Positions 24,985 to 36,700 of a stretch of DNA of 64,000 nt are shown in pieces. The position numbers and the translations under genes were made by a program. The notes under the pieces were generated by a model. It was not told the DNA's origin. It saw nothing but the letters and a program-made list of their open reading frames with translations, and did not search any database. Source of the stretch: Selaginella moellendorffii. Its lineage: Eukaryota > Plantae > Lycopodiophyta. Where the stretch lies: positions 1,970,880-2,034,879 of the forward strand of contig NW_003314284.1 of NCBI RefSeq assembly GCF_000143415.4, read 5' to 3'. Numbering within the stretch: the stretch's first letter is position 1; each line of letters opens with the position of its first letter.

Positions 24985-27900
24985 TCAGGGTTCTCTTGTA
25001 GATGGGCCGGGATTTGGAGGAACGTTAGGAGGAGGCATCGGTGGATCTGTAGATGGTATTAACTGCTCCTGATCCCTTTGTATGAAGCGTTTTAACCGCT
25101 GCACATGCACAATCTCCGGAGGATCGGCCTGTTGAACGTCATGCCGAACCTCATAAACTTGTGGTCCAACTTGCCGCAACACCCGATACGGACCTTTCCA
25201 CTGCGCAAGGAGCCCCTTAGATAAACCACGTACCGTAAGATGGGGAAAACGGACTAACACCAAATCATCCACTTTGTACTCCGCAGGTGGACGATGATGG
25301 GAATTGTAGCGCCGTTGTTGTCCCACTTGTACGCGGCCTAAGTGTTCAGCAGACTCTGCTCGGACAAGTGGAAGAATGCTTGTCAAATATTGATCCCATG
25401 ACCTAGCATCAGGAGCTCGTGGCAATCGCGAAGGTAAACCCAGCTCTGTTGGTAATATTGGATCATGACCATATAGAAGTTTATATGGTGAAGCACCAAC
25501 AGAACTCTGCACCCCTGTGACATAAGCATATTGAAGAGACGGCAAATAACCATCCCAATCCGAATGTTGAAAGTTCACATAATTCGCAATCATCCCTTTG
25601 AATGTCCGAACGAGCCGTTCCACCAGACCGTCTGATTGTGGATGATAAGCACTCGTAAAAGTGTGGCGTATCCCCAACCGAGATGTCAAAACATGAAATA
25701 CCTCAGCCATAAATGCAGGACCATTATCCGAAAGAATCCGCTCTGGACAAGAATGCTGGAACACAACTCAATTGAGGAGGAAGTATCCAACAGCAGTTGC
25801 AGAGGCACTAGCAAGAGCACCAACTTCCACCCAACGAGTCAAGTAGTCAGAAGCAATAATAACATACTCATTGCCAGCAGTCGATCGCGGAAAAGGTCCC
25901 ATAAGATCAAACGCCACCAACTCAAACGGACGAGAAACTGCAATTGACTCCAACCGTCCTTCCGCAGCACAAGGGGGAGTATTACGAGCTTAGCACCAAA
26001 CGCAGCTACGCACATACCGGATAATATCACGTCGCATCTCTGGCCAATAGAAAGATCTGCGCAGCTTCTCGGTGACACGACGGTGTCCCATATGCCCACC
26101 TAGAATAGGAGAATCATGGTAGGCATGGAGAAACCGCGGAATAAACACCGAAGGCACCACCAGTCGTAAATGATCATCAGGATCCGTCCCCACAAAATAA
26201 AGAAGGCCATCTTCAAGGCGATATTGAGAATGTAAATGCCGAAAAGGCAAGTCATCAGCAAGTGATGCAGGATTCTCAAACCCATCTCGAAGCCTTCGAA
26301 TCCACGGCTCAATCTTTTGAGCCTCGCGAACCTCATCCAGAGAAGGTAGATCTTGCTCTACGCCCTGTGGACACTGAACGTCAAGGACAGCAACCGCCGA
26401 CGGCACAGAATCCTCATCTAGAAAATCCACAGATGCTGGAACAACAGGTTCGTCAGAAACATGAGAAGTGAGTGGAGAAGGAAGAGGAGCTTGAGAAAGG
26501 GCATCAGCATCAGCCATAGAACTCCCTGGGCGATGAACAACATCAAAATCATATATCTGAAGCTTCAAAGCCCATCGAGCCGTACGACCAACCAGGTTCT
26601 TCCGCTTCAATAATGAAGTAACAGCAGCATGGTCACCTTCATGTAACGTCCGAGAACCATGTAGATATACATGAAATTTCTCGAAACCCCAGACTGCTGC
26701 TAAACACTCCTTCTCCGTCGTGGAGTAGTTCATCTCCGCTGGTTGTAATGTACAGCTTATGTATGCAATGGGATGGCGCTGACCAGGCACACTCAAGCTC
26801 TCTTGCATCAACACACCTCCAAGACCAATGTCAGAAGCATCCACGCGCAAAATAAAAGGTCGAGTGTAGTCAGGATATGCCAAAACCGGAGGAGTCGTCA
26901 ATAGCTCTTTGAGATTCACGAACGCCCGCTCACAATCGGGAGACCAGATGAAAGATGATGTTGATGACTTCAGCAACCCTCGCAATGGTATAGTGCGATT
27001 GGAAAGATGATCCACAAAACTACTGAGATACTGCACCTTACCCAAAAAGCGCTGCACATTATTCACACACTTCGGAGTAGGGAACTTTAGAACAGCCACA
27101 AGTTTGTCAGGATCAACTTGCAAACCCTCACGAGAAATACGGTACCCAAGATAAGTTGTGTCCTTGGACCCAAACACGCACTTCGACCGCTTCAGCTTTA
27201 AACCAACGTCGCGTAGCCGATCCAACACTTTACAAACATCACGAACATGCTCCTCCCACGTCCCCTCCGAGTGGATCAAGACATCATCAATGAAGTCAGC
27301 CGTCACCTCCGGCATATCGCAAAGAACCTCGTCCATCATCCGCTGAAAAGTTGCTGGAGCATTGTTCAATCCAAACGGCATCACCAAAAACTCGTACAAA
27401 CCAAATGGTGTACGAAAAGCAGTCTTAGGAATATCTTCTTCAGCCATCGGTACTTGCCAATACCCAAAAGCAAGATCTAGCTTGGTGAACCAACGACTTC
27501 GCCCCAGACGATCCAAGAGATCAGCAGTGTGAGGAAGAGGGTACACGTCCGGGATCGTCACTTCATTTAACGGACGATAGTCGATGCAGAAACGAATACT
27601 CCCATCAGGCTTCGTCACAAGATGAGGTTCACATGCCCAAGGACTCCGCGACTTCCGAATAACACCCTTCTCCAACATCTCCTTGACGTTTGCACGTAAA
27701 ATCTTGATCTCCTTGGGTGACCGACGACGAACAAGAACCTTGATTGGACGAGCATCCCTAGTTGAAATGGGATGACGTGTGGCAATCTTGGCCCTAGACG
27801 ATAGGTCAAATTCAAAGAGATCAGAATACTCCTTCATGAGTTGGTCAACAGCTGCAACACAAAGATCATCGGAGGGATCGGAAAAGGGAAGAGCAGAACA

Positions 27901-28473
27901 AGATGGAAACACAAGAGGAAATAATGGGGGAACAAAAGTAATGGAAGCAGAGGTAGAAGTAGAGGGACGAAGAGGTACGGAAGTGAGAGGAATGGATGAA
28001 ACATAAGGAAGTATGAGACAAGGGGGAGAAGCCTCAAAGTCACACTTGGCATGATTGTGCTGCAACCAATCCATACCAAGAATGAGGTCAAAAGCTTGAC
28101 TCGGCACCACCCGCAACGACTGCAACTCAAGCTCGAGATCGCCCACACGCACAACTAGGTCCGCCTCATCTCGTGCACATGCATGTGTACGGCCGTTGCC
28201 ATAAAGAATGAAAACTGGATCCGCCGCACGACGCAAGTGTAGACGACAACGTGTGGCAACAGGTCGAGCAATAGAAGATAAACTCGAACCTGTATCAACC
28301 AACACGGAGAGAAGAATAGGAGACCTCTTGTTATAAAAACGAGCTTGGAAAGTAAACACTGGATGAACCGGTGCCGAGTGAACCCCTTGATGATACTCCC
28401 GAAAGAAAGATGGAGGGGTCACTAACTTATTCGCGCAAGGTCCCTCCATTACTCGCGCGACTCCTCGTTTCCC
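24985..28473 (-). pseudogene. pol: Gypsy pol (protease, RT, RNase H, integrase with GPY motif), two in-frame stops
   Basis: LVDTGS, RFCIDYRPLN, FIDD, VDASD, HHCC zinc finger, SDNG, WKGPYRV. Three ORF-track pieces lie in one frame, split by TAA (25990) and TGA (25768). Confidence 0.93.
28410..28473 (-). promoter_or_regulatory. -1 ribosomal frameshift signal (G GGA AAC plus H-type pseudoknot)
   Basis: Heptamer at 28467-28473 in the gag/pol overlap, 6-nt spacer, stem 1 TCGCGCGAG/CTTGCGCGA, and loop ATGGAGGG pairing with downstream CCCTCCAT. Confidence 0.85.
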
Positions 28474-29381
28474 GAATGCACCTCGGTATCCAAACCTTCC
28501 ACCGCAGCAGCACCAACGGGACGTTGCTGACGCCAAGGTCTCCACCCAGGAAATGGAGGTCGCCAATCCGGAAAGCGCCGACAACGCCGATAAGTATGAC
28601 CAACTTCATCACACGTCCAGCAACGAACGTCACGGCCACGACCACGTCCTCGCCCTTGTCCTTGGACTCGAGTAGCAGCAGCATCAACCTCCATGGGAAC
28701 AGGACCATCACTCATAGGAAGTGGAGCTGAAGGACGTGTAGCAAGAAGTGGAAGAGGCGACGTCTCATAACGTTGTGCCAAGCGAAGAGCATCGTCAAGA
28801 GTGGCAGGAGCAAGTGCATGCACAAGTCCGACAAGATCTTGACGAAGTGCTGGCCACAGCATTCCTAGCTTGATCCACTCCGACATATTTGGCTCCGCAC
28901 GAAGCAAAAGACTTCGGAAACGAACGCCAAATTGCATCACCGACTCAGATGGCCCTTGGCGAAGACGATGCAATTGTTGGAAGGCATCATCACAATCGTC
29001 GGTGTGTCCGAAGGCGCGTTTGAAGACATCCGGAAGAACACTCCAATCGCCACAAGTAGCTGCGCTCAATCCATTGTACCACTGCAATGCTGTCCCTTGG
29101 AGACATGTGGGGAACTCACGCAAACATCGAGCATCATCCCAAGAATGATATATGGCAATCACCGTGAAGTGATCGAACCAATGGTACACATCATCCCCAG
29201 GATTCCCACGAAAGAACTCCGGCCGAACGCGAGGATTGGCACCAAAAGCAGGAGGAGTTGTACCATGTGCCGTGAACGCCGCCATCAACTGAGTTTGGTT
29301 GTTCAATTGCAAGCGCATAGCATCAAGCAATTGAACCAACTGCTGCTCTAAAGTCAAAGGAGGAGATTGCGGATCGGCCAT
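28449..29381 (-). CDS. gag: Gag (310 aa)
   Basis: Retrotransposon gag motifs (LQGTALQWY, LRQGPSESV, PVPMEVD) and CCHC knuckle CWTCDEVGHTYRRC. Confidence 0.93.
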   Translation of the reverse strand: MADPQSPPLTLEQQLVQLLDAMRLQLNNQTQLMAAFTAHGTTPPAFGANPRVRPEFFRGNPGDDVYHWFDHFTVIAIYHSWDDARCLREFPTCLQGTALQWYNGLSAATCGDWSVLPDVFKRAFGHTDDCDDAFQQLHRLRQGPSESVMQFGVRFRSLLLRAEPNMSEWIKLGMLWPALRQDLVGLVHALAPATLDDALRLAQRYETSPLPLLATRPSAPLPMSDGPVPMEVDAAATRVQGQGRGRGRGRDVRCWTCDEVGHTYRRCRRFPDWRPPFPGWRPWRQQRPVGAAAVEGLDTEVHSGNEESRE

Positions 29382-29597
29382 GAAAATGAATGAAAAAGAA
29401 AGAGCAAAAGAAGAGAAATGACAAAAAGCTGGAAAGAAATGGTAGATCTAGACAATGCAAAAAGCTAGATCTAAACCAAAATCCTGAAAGGAAAGAACAA
29501 AAGAAAGGAAATGGAAAAAACTAGATCTAGACAATGCAAAAGCTAGATCGAAACCGAAATCCCAAATCCAAGCACTCCCCAGGGACAATCAAAAGTG

Positions 29598-29613
29598 CCC
29601 CTCAACTCCACCA
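29598..29613 (-). promoter_or_regulatory. Primer-binding site, probably tRNA-Ala
   Basis: TGGTGGAGTTGAGGGG, 1 nt after the 5' LTR. Resembles the complement of the plant tRNA-Ala 3' end (recalled as CCCCGCATCTCCACCA). Confidence 0.65.
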
Positions 29614-29789
29614 ATGTGAGTGCATGGAATATGGAAAAGGAATACAGAAATGTGCATATCAATTAGCCCAAAAACCCTAGCTTATATACAGGAGCGAGTG
29701 GTCCGGATTGAAACCAATCTGACGGCTACCAAAATCCACTACGCTAATATTAGTATACGGCATCGTAGCCGTACATTTGGCCCTCACAT

Positions 29790-30370
29790 TGTTTTAATGT
29801 TAATGGTATTGAAATGATGCTTTAATTTTGATATTGTTAGAATTGATATGAGTGTTTAGTTAAAGGAAGTTAGATTTTCCATTTATGGTGATTCATGTAT
29901 ACTATAATATTTTTATTGACATTGAAATTATAAAACTTGTGATTATTACTATATAAAACTTGCCTTTCTTAACTTTTGTTTCTTTGAGTTTTTATATTCA
30001 TTATTTCATTTATTAAGAGTTCTTGGGGATGCAATTATTGATAATAATTGATTGCTATTTAGGATAGATAATTGTCCTTGTTATAAGTCTTGCTTGATTA
30101 TTATTGGTGATGGATGATTTGCCATTCTTTGAGATAAAAGATGATTCTTTAATGCATTTCTATTAATAGGGTGATTGATGATTTTTAGTGGCGGTTAATT
30201 GTTTTCCTTGATGATTTTTTGTTTTCGACATTACTATATGTTCTTTGTGGTTTGCTATTGGGTTTAAGATATTAGGATTTTGTTTATGCTTGCTTTAATA
30301 ACTTTAGTTCCTTAGTATTGTTATTCAAGATCTATTTAGTTTAACTAGTGTAATAATTAGCTACAAAGAA
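29790..30370. repeat. Old AT-rich dispersed repeat (left half; continues at 43746-~44300)
   Basis: Collinear, diverged homology to the reverse complement of ~56230-57300. Confidence 0.55.
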
Positions 30371-31347
30371 GCTCTATTTCGTTAAAGTGGGAATTGTCAT
30401 TATCCCACTTGTAAAATAAGGTTTCCAAACCTTTATATAGTATATAAATATAACAAAATTCAACTGCATTGAGGCACATGCCATTTTATTTTAAACAAGG
30501 AAATGTCTACTCAATCACTTCTCACTGCTTCACCTCTCTCTTCTCCTTGTCATTGTCGTCCAATTTCTTTCCATCCTTTTAATATTGGCTCAGTTGCTCC
30601 GAGTCTAGGTGGAGCCCAAGTCCCCATTCAATCTTTACTTTCCCCTTATTAATAAAACAACTTCGCAGACTTCCAATAACATGCTGTAACACTTCTAGTA
30701 TAATGCAAATCCTCTCAAAGAATTGTCTTTTAATATTAATACAATGGCATGGAACCCCATGCCATAATAAGTTACATTTTTAAATAAATACATGCCATCT
30801 CAGACTGTTATTTTTTGCCTCCAACGCCTATACAATAATCTTGGAATTTCATCACTCTCCACACTATCAGGATTTAAACCCAATAGTAATGCCATCTCTT
30901 CTCTAATACGTCCACGCTCATGTTCAGTGGTCGAAGAACCCATCCGGTTGAGCAGATTATGGAGATGCGGATAGTGCTTGGCTAGACAATATACATGCCA
31001 TAAATGATGACTGGTGTCTGTCCGATCAAATGGCTTCTGATATACCGTTCCATCTGCCATTTGGTTGATTTCTGCAGCCACCTCCTGGACTGGCCGGTTC
31101 TCTATCACCATCGCTTCAAGCCGTTTTGCAAGGTCCCCCAGAACATACGGTTTCTTCTCCCTAGTTTCCATACTGCAAGAGATGGGGTGCACTGCATATG
31201 TGTGCGTGTTTGCTGCAGTTTTAATCGGCGAGTCATCGATGATGAGGATTTCACTTGACCTAGCAGTCCGGTTCATCACTACAGCCTCTATCTTGACGAA
31301 GATGGGCTTGCTACCCCTCACATGGACCATAGTCAAGAAATCCTCCT
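30371..31347. mobile_element. Extra left end of the TIR DNA transposon (TIR plus 3' end of the cargo gene)
   Basis: Starts GCTCTATTTCGTTAAAGTGGGA, the perfect inverse of 43724-43745. Near-identical to 33280-34267. ORF 30800-31336 duplicates the C-terminus of 33720-34604. Confidence 0.88.
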
Positions 31348-33087
31348 CAAGTGGTTGGGCCTATGGGCCTCGATCCAGTGGCAGTGTTGGCGAACACGGC
31401 CATGGGCAGAAAGGGACTTGGTGGGGACTGGAAAAGGGATATTGGGGAAGGCTATTCCTCATGTCTGTGGGCATCTTAAAGATGCTAAAGAGTGGATCTG
31501 GGATGATCACTCATGGACAGATGAACTAGTCATGCATGGTTAGATTGTTTAATGTAGCTTATCAGAACACCTTGGTGTGAAGAACATCGGCAGACTCATG
31601 GAGCCGATGGTGTGGAGACATCAAATGGGCCAAGGTGTGATACCTTGAGATTACGTTGATGGGTTCATGAGAACCCCTTGCTAAGGGAATCCCAATGGAA
31701 ATGGGAATGGCATAGCCTAAGTTGGAAGGCATGTGGTAGAGTGTGGTGACCCGGATAATGATAGAGGTGTGGAAGCACCTGCAATGAGTTATATGACTTA
31801 ACAATTATGAGACAACTAAGCAAGAGGTGCAAGTAATTGGTTAAACAGGTAGAAGGTAACTATCCAAGACTTCTTAATGGCATAAAGAAGTTAAATATAC
31901 CCTTATTGGGGATAAGTTGCTTATGTTGCGATATAGTAAGTTAATGTCATAAAAGGAAATGCTCATTGCCAAGGAGGCCATCATTGGGACACCCAGACAC
32001 TTTAGAACTCTAAAAAGTGGTGTTTAGTGTTGCGAAGGCAATAGATAAGGCCTAAGGGACAAGGTCCCTAACAAATGATAGATAGAAGGTGCTATCCAAA
32101 CGTCCAAAGTTGCAAAGACGGGGGAAGCCTCTTTACCCGAATTGGACAAAGCCAAAAAGGGATTTTGGCAAGGCTAATAATGAGTATATAAAGGCCCATG
32201 AGTAGCAACATTAATCCCAGTGTATAGGATTATAAGGTGAACATACCCGGATTGAGGAACCACTCCCGAGGCTATCGGGTAGGTTTATCCCTATGAATAC
32301 TTGCTAAGGCATAGTAGAAAGTGCAAAACTATCCTCTTAGTCCGGAGGAGAATAATTGAAAGAAACATATGAGGCCAAAAAGCAAAGTAGTAAAGGGATG
32401 GAACTAAACCATAGGAATCGAAGGGCATAACCAAAGATGGTTATGTGAGTTGGAAGTGGAGAATCAAATGGGTGTTCAAGCGGGTTATTATTAACGACTG
32501 CAATGCTATGGAAAGTCTAAAATGTGGAATTATCCATATTAGACCATATGGTGAGTAGGGAGCTTGCAAAGGAGAAGCCTTAGCAAGCTAAGGAACAGAG
32601 TTCCTTGAAGGTTCCCAAAAACAATTCTAAGTAGATAAGTACCTAGAAAGCCAAGTGTAAATGGTTCCTAGAGCGCGCAAAATCAGAGTGGCACAGCAGA
32701 AGTGTGGTCTTGAAGTTGGCCATGAGGTGAGGCTATCAAAGTTGGGGAAGTAGTTACCGAGTGTTCAAAGAGAGGATTTTGAACAAAAGTCGATGGTTAA
32801 GGACTTTCACGCTTATGCATGAACCATGTTACTGTGGCCGGATGACTTGCTAAGTGAGAATGGCAAGTCAGGGAAACAAATCCCCTAGTCGAAGGTGCTA
32901 ACTTCAAAAGGGGTGGCCCATGGGGCTGAGCATGGAGGAGTCCATGTATGATCACAGATTTGTCAAGTGAAAGGACTTGGCAGTGCGGAGGAATTAAGTT
33001 CCTAAGTTGTGATTTATAGCGTGCTTTAAGTATATATTAGTGCACCGGCGTGGGGAGTCACGCCAGGCATCCTAGGCGATGCCGTCT
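31348..33087 (+). mobile_element. Chimeric fragment of LTR family A (LTR piece plus internal region)
   Basis: 31350-31525 matches 2948-3118. 31750-33087 matches the reverse of ~9485-10817 and, at its end, 1-140. Confidence 0.8.
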
Positions 33088-33719
33088 ACTTGATAGATTT
33101 CCTGGAAGTCTCCACTCACTTTCCAGGTACTCCCTAACAATATTGAAGACTTCGTTACTGTCGTGTCCAATGCGATGCATGGAATCTAGGTGAAAGATTG
33201 ATGTTTGGTCGGCCCTGAGAGAAATGACGACCAAACTCCAATGGGCTCTAATAAATGGTTTATAGTAAGTTAGAAGAAAGCTCTATTTCATTAAAGTGGG
33301 AATTGTCATTATCCCACTTGTAAAATAAAGTTTCCAAACCTTTATATAGTATATAAATATAACAAAATTCAATTGCATTGAGGCACATGCCATTTTATTT
33401 TAAACAAGGAAATGTCTACTCAATCACTTCTCCTCCCCCTGCCACTGCTTCACCTCTCTCTTCTCCTTGTCATCGTCGTCCAATTTCTTTCCATCCTTTT
33501 AATATTGGCTCAGTTGCTCCGAGTCTAGGTGGAGCCCAAGTCCCCATTCAATCTTTACTTTCCCCTTATTAATAAAACAACTTCGTAGACTTCCAATAAC
33601 ATGCTGTAACACTTCTAGTATAATGCAAATCCTCTCAAAGAATTGTCTTTTAATATTAATACAATGGCATGGAACCCCATGCCATAATAAGTTACATTTT
33701 TAAATAAATACATGCCATC

Positions 33720-36700
33720 TCAGACTGTTATTTTTTGCCTCCAACGCCTATACAATAATCTTGGAATTTCATCACTCTCCACACTATCAGGATTTAAACC
33801 CAATAGTAATGCCATCTCTTCTCTAATACGTCCACGCTCATGTTCAGTGGTCGAAGAACCCATCCGGTTGAGCAGATTATGGAGATGCGGATAGTGCTTG
33901 GCTAGACAATATACATGCCATAAATGATGACTGGTGTCTGTCCGATCAAATGGCTTCTGATATACCGTTCCATCTGCTATTTGGTTGATTTCTGCAGCCA
34001 CCTCCTGGACTGGCCAGTTCTCTATCACCATCGCTTCAAGCCGTTTTGCAAGGTCCCCCAGAACATACGGTTTCTTCTCCCTAGTTTCCATACTGCAAGA
34101 GATGGGGTGCACTGCATATGTGTGCGTGTTCGCTGCAGTTTTAATCGGCGAGTCATCGATGATGAGGATTTCACTTGACCTAGCAGTCCGGTTCATCACT
34201 ACAGCCTCTGCCTTGACGAAGATGGGCTTGCTACCCCTCACATGGACCATAGTCAAGCAATCCTCCTGCGTTAGGAGAAAGTCAAATGGTAATATTACTC
34301 GCGTCTGATCGTGCATCATCTGTAGCAACGTTAATGCATTGTGGCGCATCATGGATGTCCAAACTCCCAATTGCAAATTGAACCCGGCCCTCTGTTTTAA
34401 GTGTCGCATGGTCATTATTAGATCCCGCAGTTTCTCCCGTGTGATTAATGTGAATCTGTCTATTTTGACCAACTTGCAACCGCAGGCTTTGGAGTGTGCA
34501 GTGACATTCGAGGACGAGCCACGCTCATGGGAGAAAAGGACACCGTTCAGATCAAAAACGATACAGTACTTTCGCCGTGACTCTGAAATGAAATGCGTCA
34601 GCATAAAAAATGGTACAAGTCAATTTTACCATCTACAATATTAGCGAATGGTGCTCCCGATGGTCGTTCAGAGGGTTTTGGTCGAGGAAACGTGAAGGGC
34701 GGAAATACTCTCCTCTGCAATGTGGGGTCAATCGCATCCGATGGCGTGTGGGCACATGCCATTTCAGCTGTAGACTCTGGTACAACTGGCTCAACAGTGG
34801 CATGGGGTGGTTCCGATGGTGTGTGATCACACGCCATTTCAGCTGGTGCCTCCGTTGGCAAAGTGGACATGACCGAACAGGCAGCAGGGGTGGTGTAGGG
34901 AGGTTCCAACGGCGCGTAGTCAGACGATTGGGCACACGTTGGAAATGAGGATACGACCGGCTCGGCGGCTGGGGCGGCCTCATGCGGGTCCAATGGCGCC
35001 TGGTCACCGTCAGTTGGATACGTGGACAAGATTGACTCAGTGGTATGGGCAGCATCAAGTGGAGCGTGGTCAGCTTGCTTGGCGTTGATATGGATAGTAG
35101 CCTCCACCAGCTCTGATGACTCTTGCAGGCAAGTAGAGTCCACTAGCGGATCCATATGCATGTCCAAATATCTCCCTTCGATTGAGATGGTATCCTCCCG
35201 TGCTACTAAAAACAAACTCATTAGCACATTGAATCGACTATACTGTATTTACCATCAACTGCTATTGAGGAACTAGGACCGATATCACTTGGGCGCACTG
35301 CTGATTCTGAAGGATTGGACATACGTTTCGACCCTTGCTTGGCACTATCCTTCCTCGACACTAAAGGCTAGAGTTTGTATCTTAATTCAACTGAATAATC
35401 TCTACTTACCATTTCTTCTGCGACCTACATGGACAATGTTAGAAATGGTAAAAGGTTAGGAATGGATGTACTATTATTTACCTGATGGTTTGTCTTGTAT
35501 GACCTTCCTCCGCTGCTCTTTGGCCACCTCAGGCTGGCCATCGTCATCATCATCGTCATCGTCGTTATTGTGATCGTCACCATTGTGAGGACCATCCAAG
35601 TCCTCTTCGTCCTCCTCTTCTTCATCCTCCTCTTCTTCGTCCTCCTCTTCTTTGTCCTCCTCTTTGTCCTTCTGCTCTTCCTGCTCATTATCTTTCTCTG
35701 GCTCCTCATCCCCCTCTTGCATTTCTTTCATAGGCTGCTCAGGCTGGATGGCTTGTTTTTCCAGGACCATCTTGGGAAAATCATCTGGCCGAGTCTCCAT
35801 CTCAAAATACAAGACATCCATAGCCTGTTTTAGTGCGTGACCTAGGACCGTATCCTCACCCGACTGTCTTAACATGGTTTCTGCACGTTCTTGCACCCTT
35901 CGAAGACGACGAGATGAGAAAAACGTGGCCCTGACTTGAAAAGCATCCCTCATCCATTGTACCTCTCCATTGAGATTGGGGAAGGGGAGTCCGCCATAGG
36001 AATCTGAGTCAGAAGGTGGTGACTGGCTCCTTTCACTCAGCCCTTGATCTGCAATGAATGGCATGAGCACACACGCCATAACCGCGAGGCATTACCTATC
36101 ATCTTTTCGTTGCCCTTCTTCCTTTTCGAATCAAACGCCTCTGATCCCGACGACTGTCCAATGTGCTTTCACTTTTTATGACCACTGTCAGTTTGAGCTT
36201 GGCTGGTGCTTGCCTGTTTTGCCTTTGAAGAAGTGTCTCCTGCAAGGAATGGCATGAGACCACACGCCATTGCAAATATAATTTGTACCTCCTTTTTTCC
36301 TATTGCTTGTCTGTTTGTCCTTCTTCGACGCGCCACCAGTGCGCTTTTCAGTCCTCGTGTCTGAATATTCACAACGATCTATAATCAAAATGGCGTGAGG
36401 CCTCACGTGACCTTACCTTGTGTAGGTTGTAACCTCGGCCTAACATCAGTAGCTGTTAACGCCGTTTCAGCATTTGGGGGTGGCCACGCTCCTGCATACA
36501 GAGCTTGTGAGATAACATTTAAACTTAAAGTGCGTACTCACCAGGTTCGTAGAGAAGATACTGTTTTTCTTTGGCAACTGTAATTATATGCTCCATTGAA
36601 GTCACCTCTTCAATGGAGTTTGTCACCGCAACACACGGGACACCCTTGAGTAGTGCGGCTCGAAAGAATAGTCCGCCGCAGTTGTACTCGACAACGCATT

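Larger units (their letters stand above)
24779..29788 (-). mobile_element. Near-intact Ty3/gypsy LTR retrotransposon (5010 bp)
   Basis: 174-bp LTRs at 24779-24952 and 29615-29788 (4 transitions). TSD TTGT. PBS and PPT present. Domain order gag-PR-RT-RH-IN. Confidence 0.97.
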
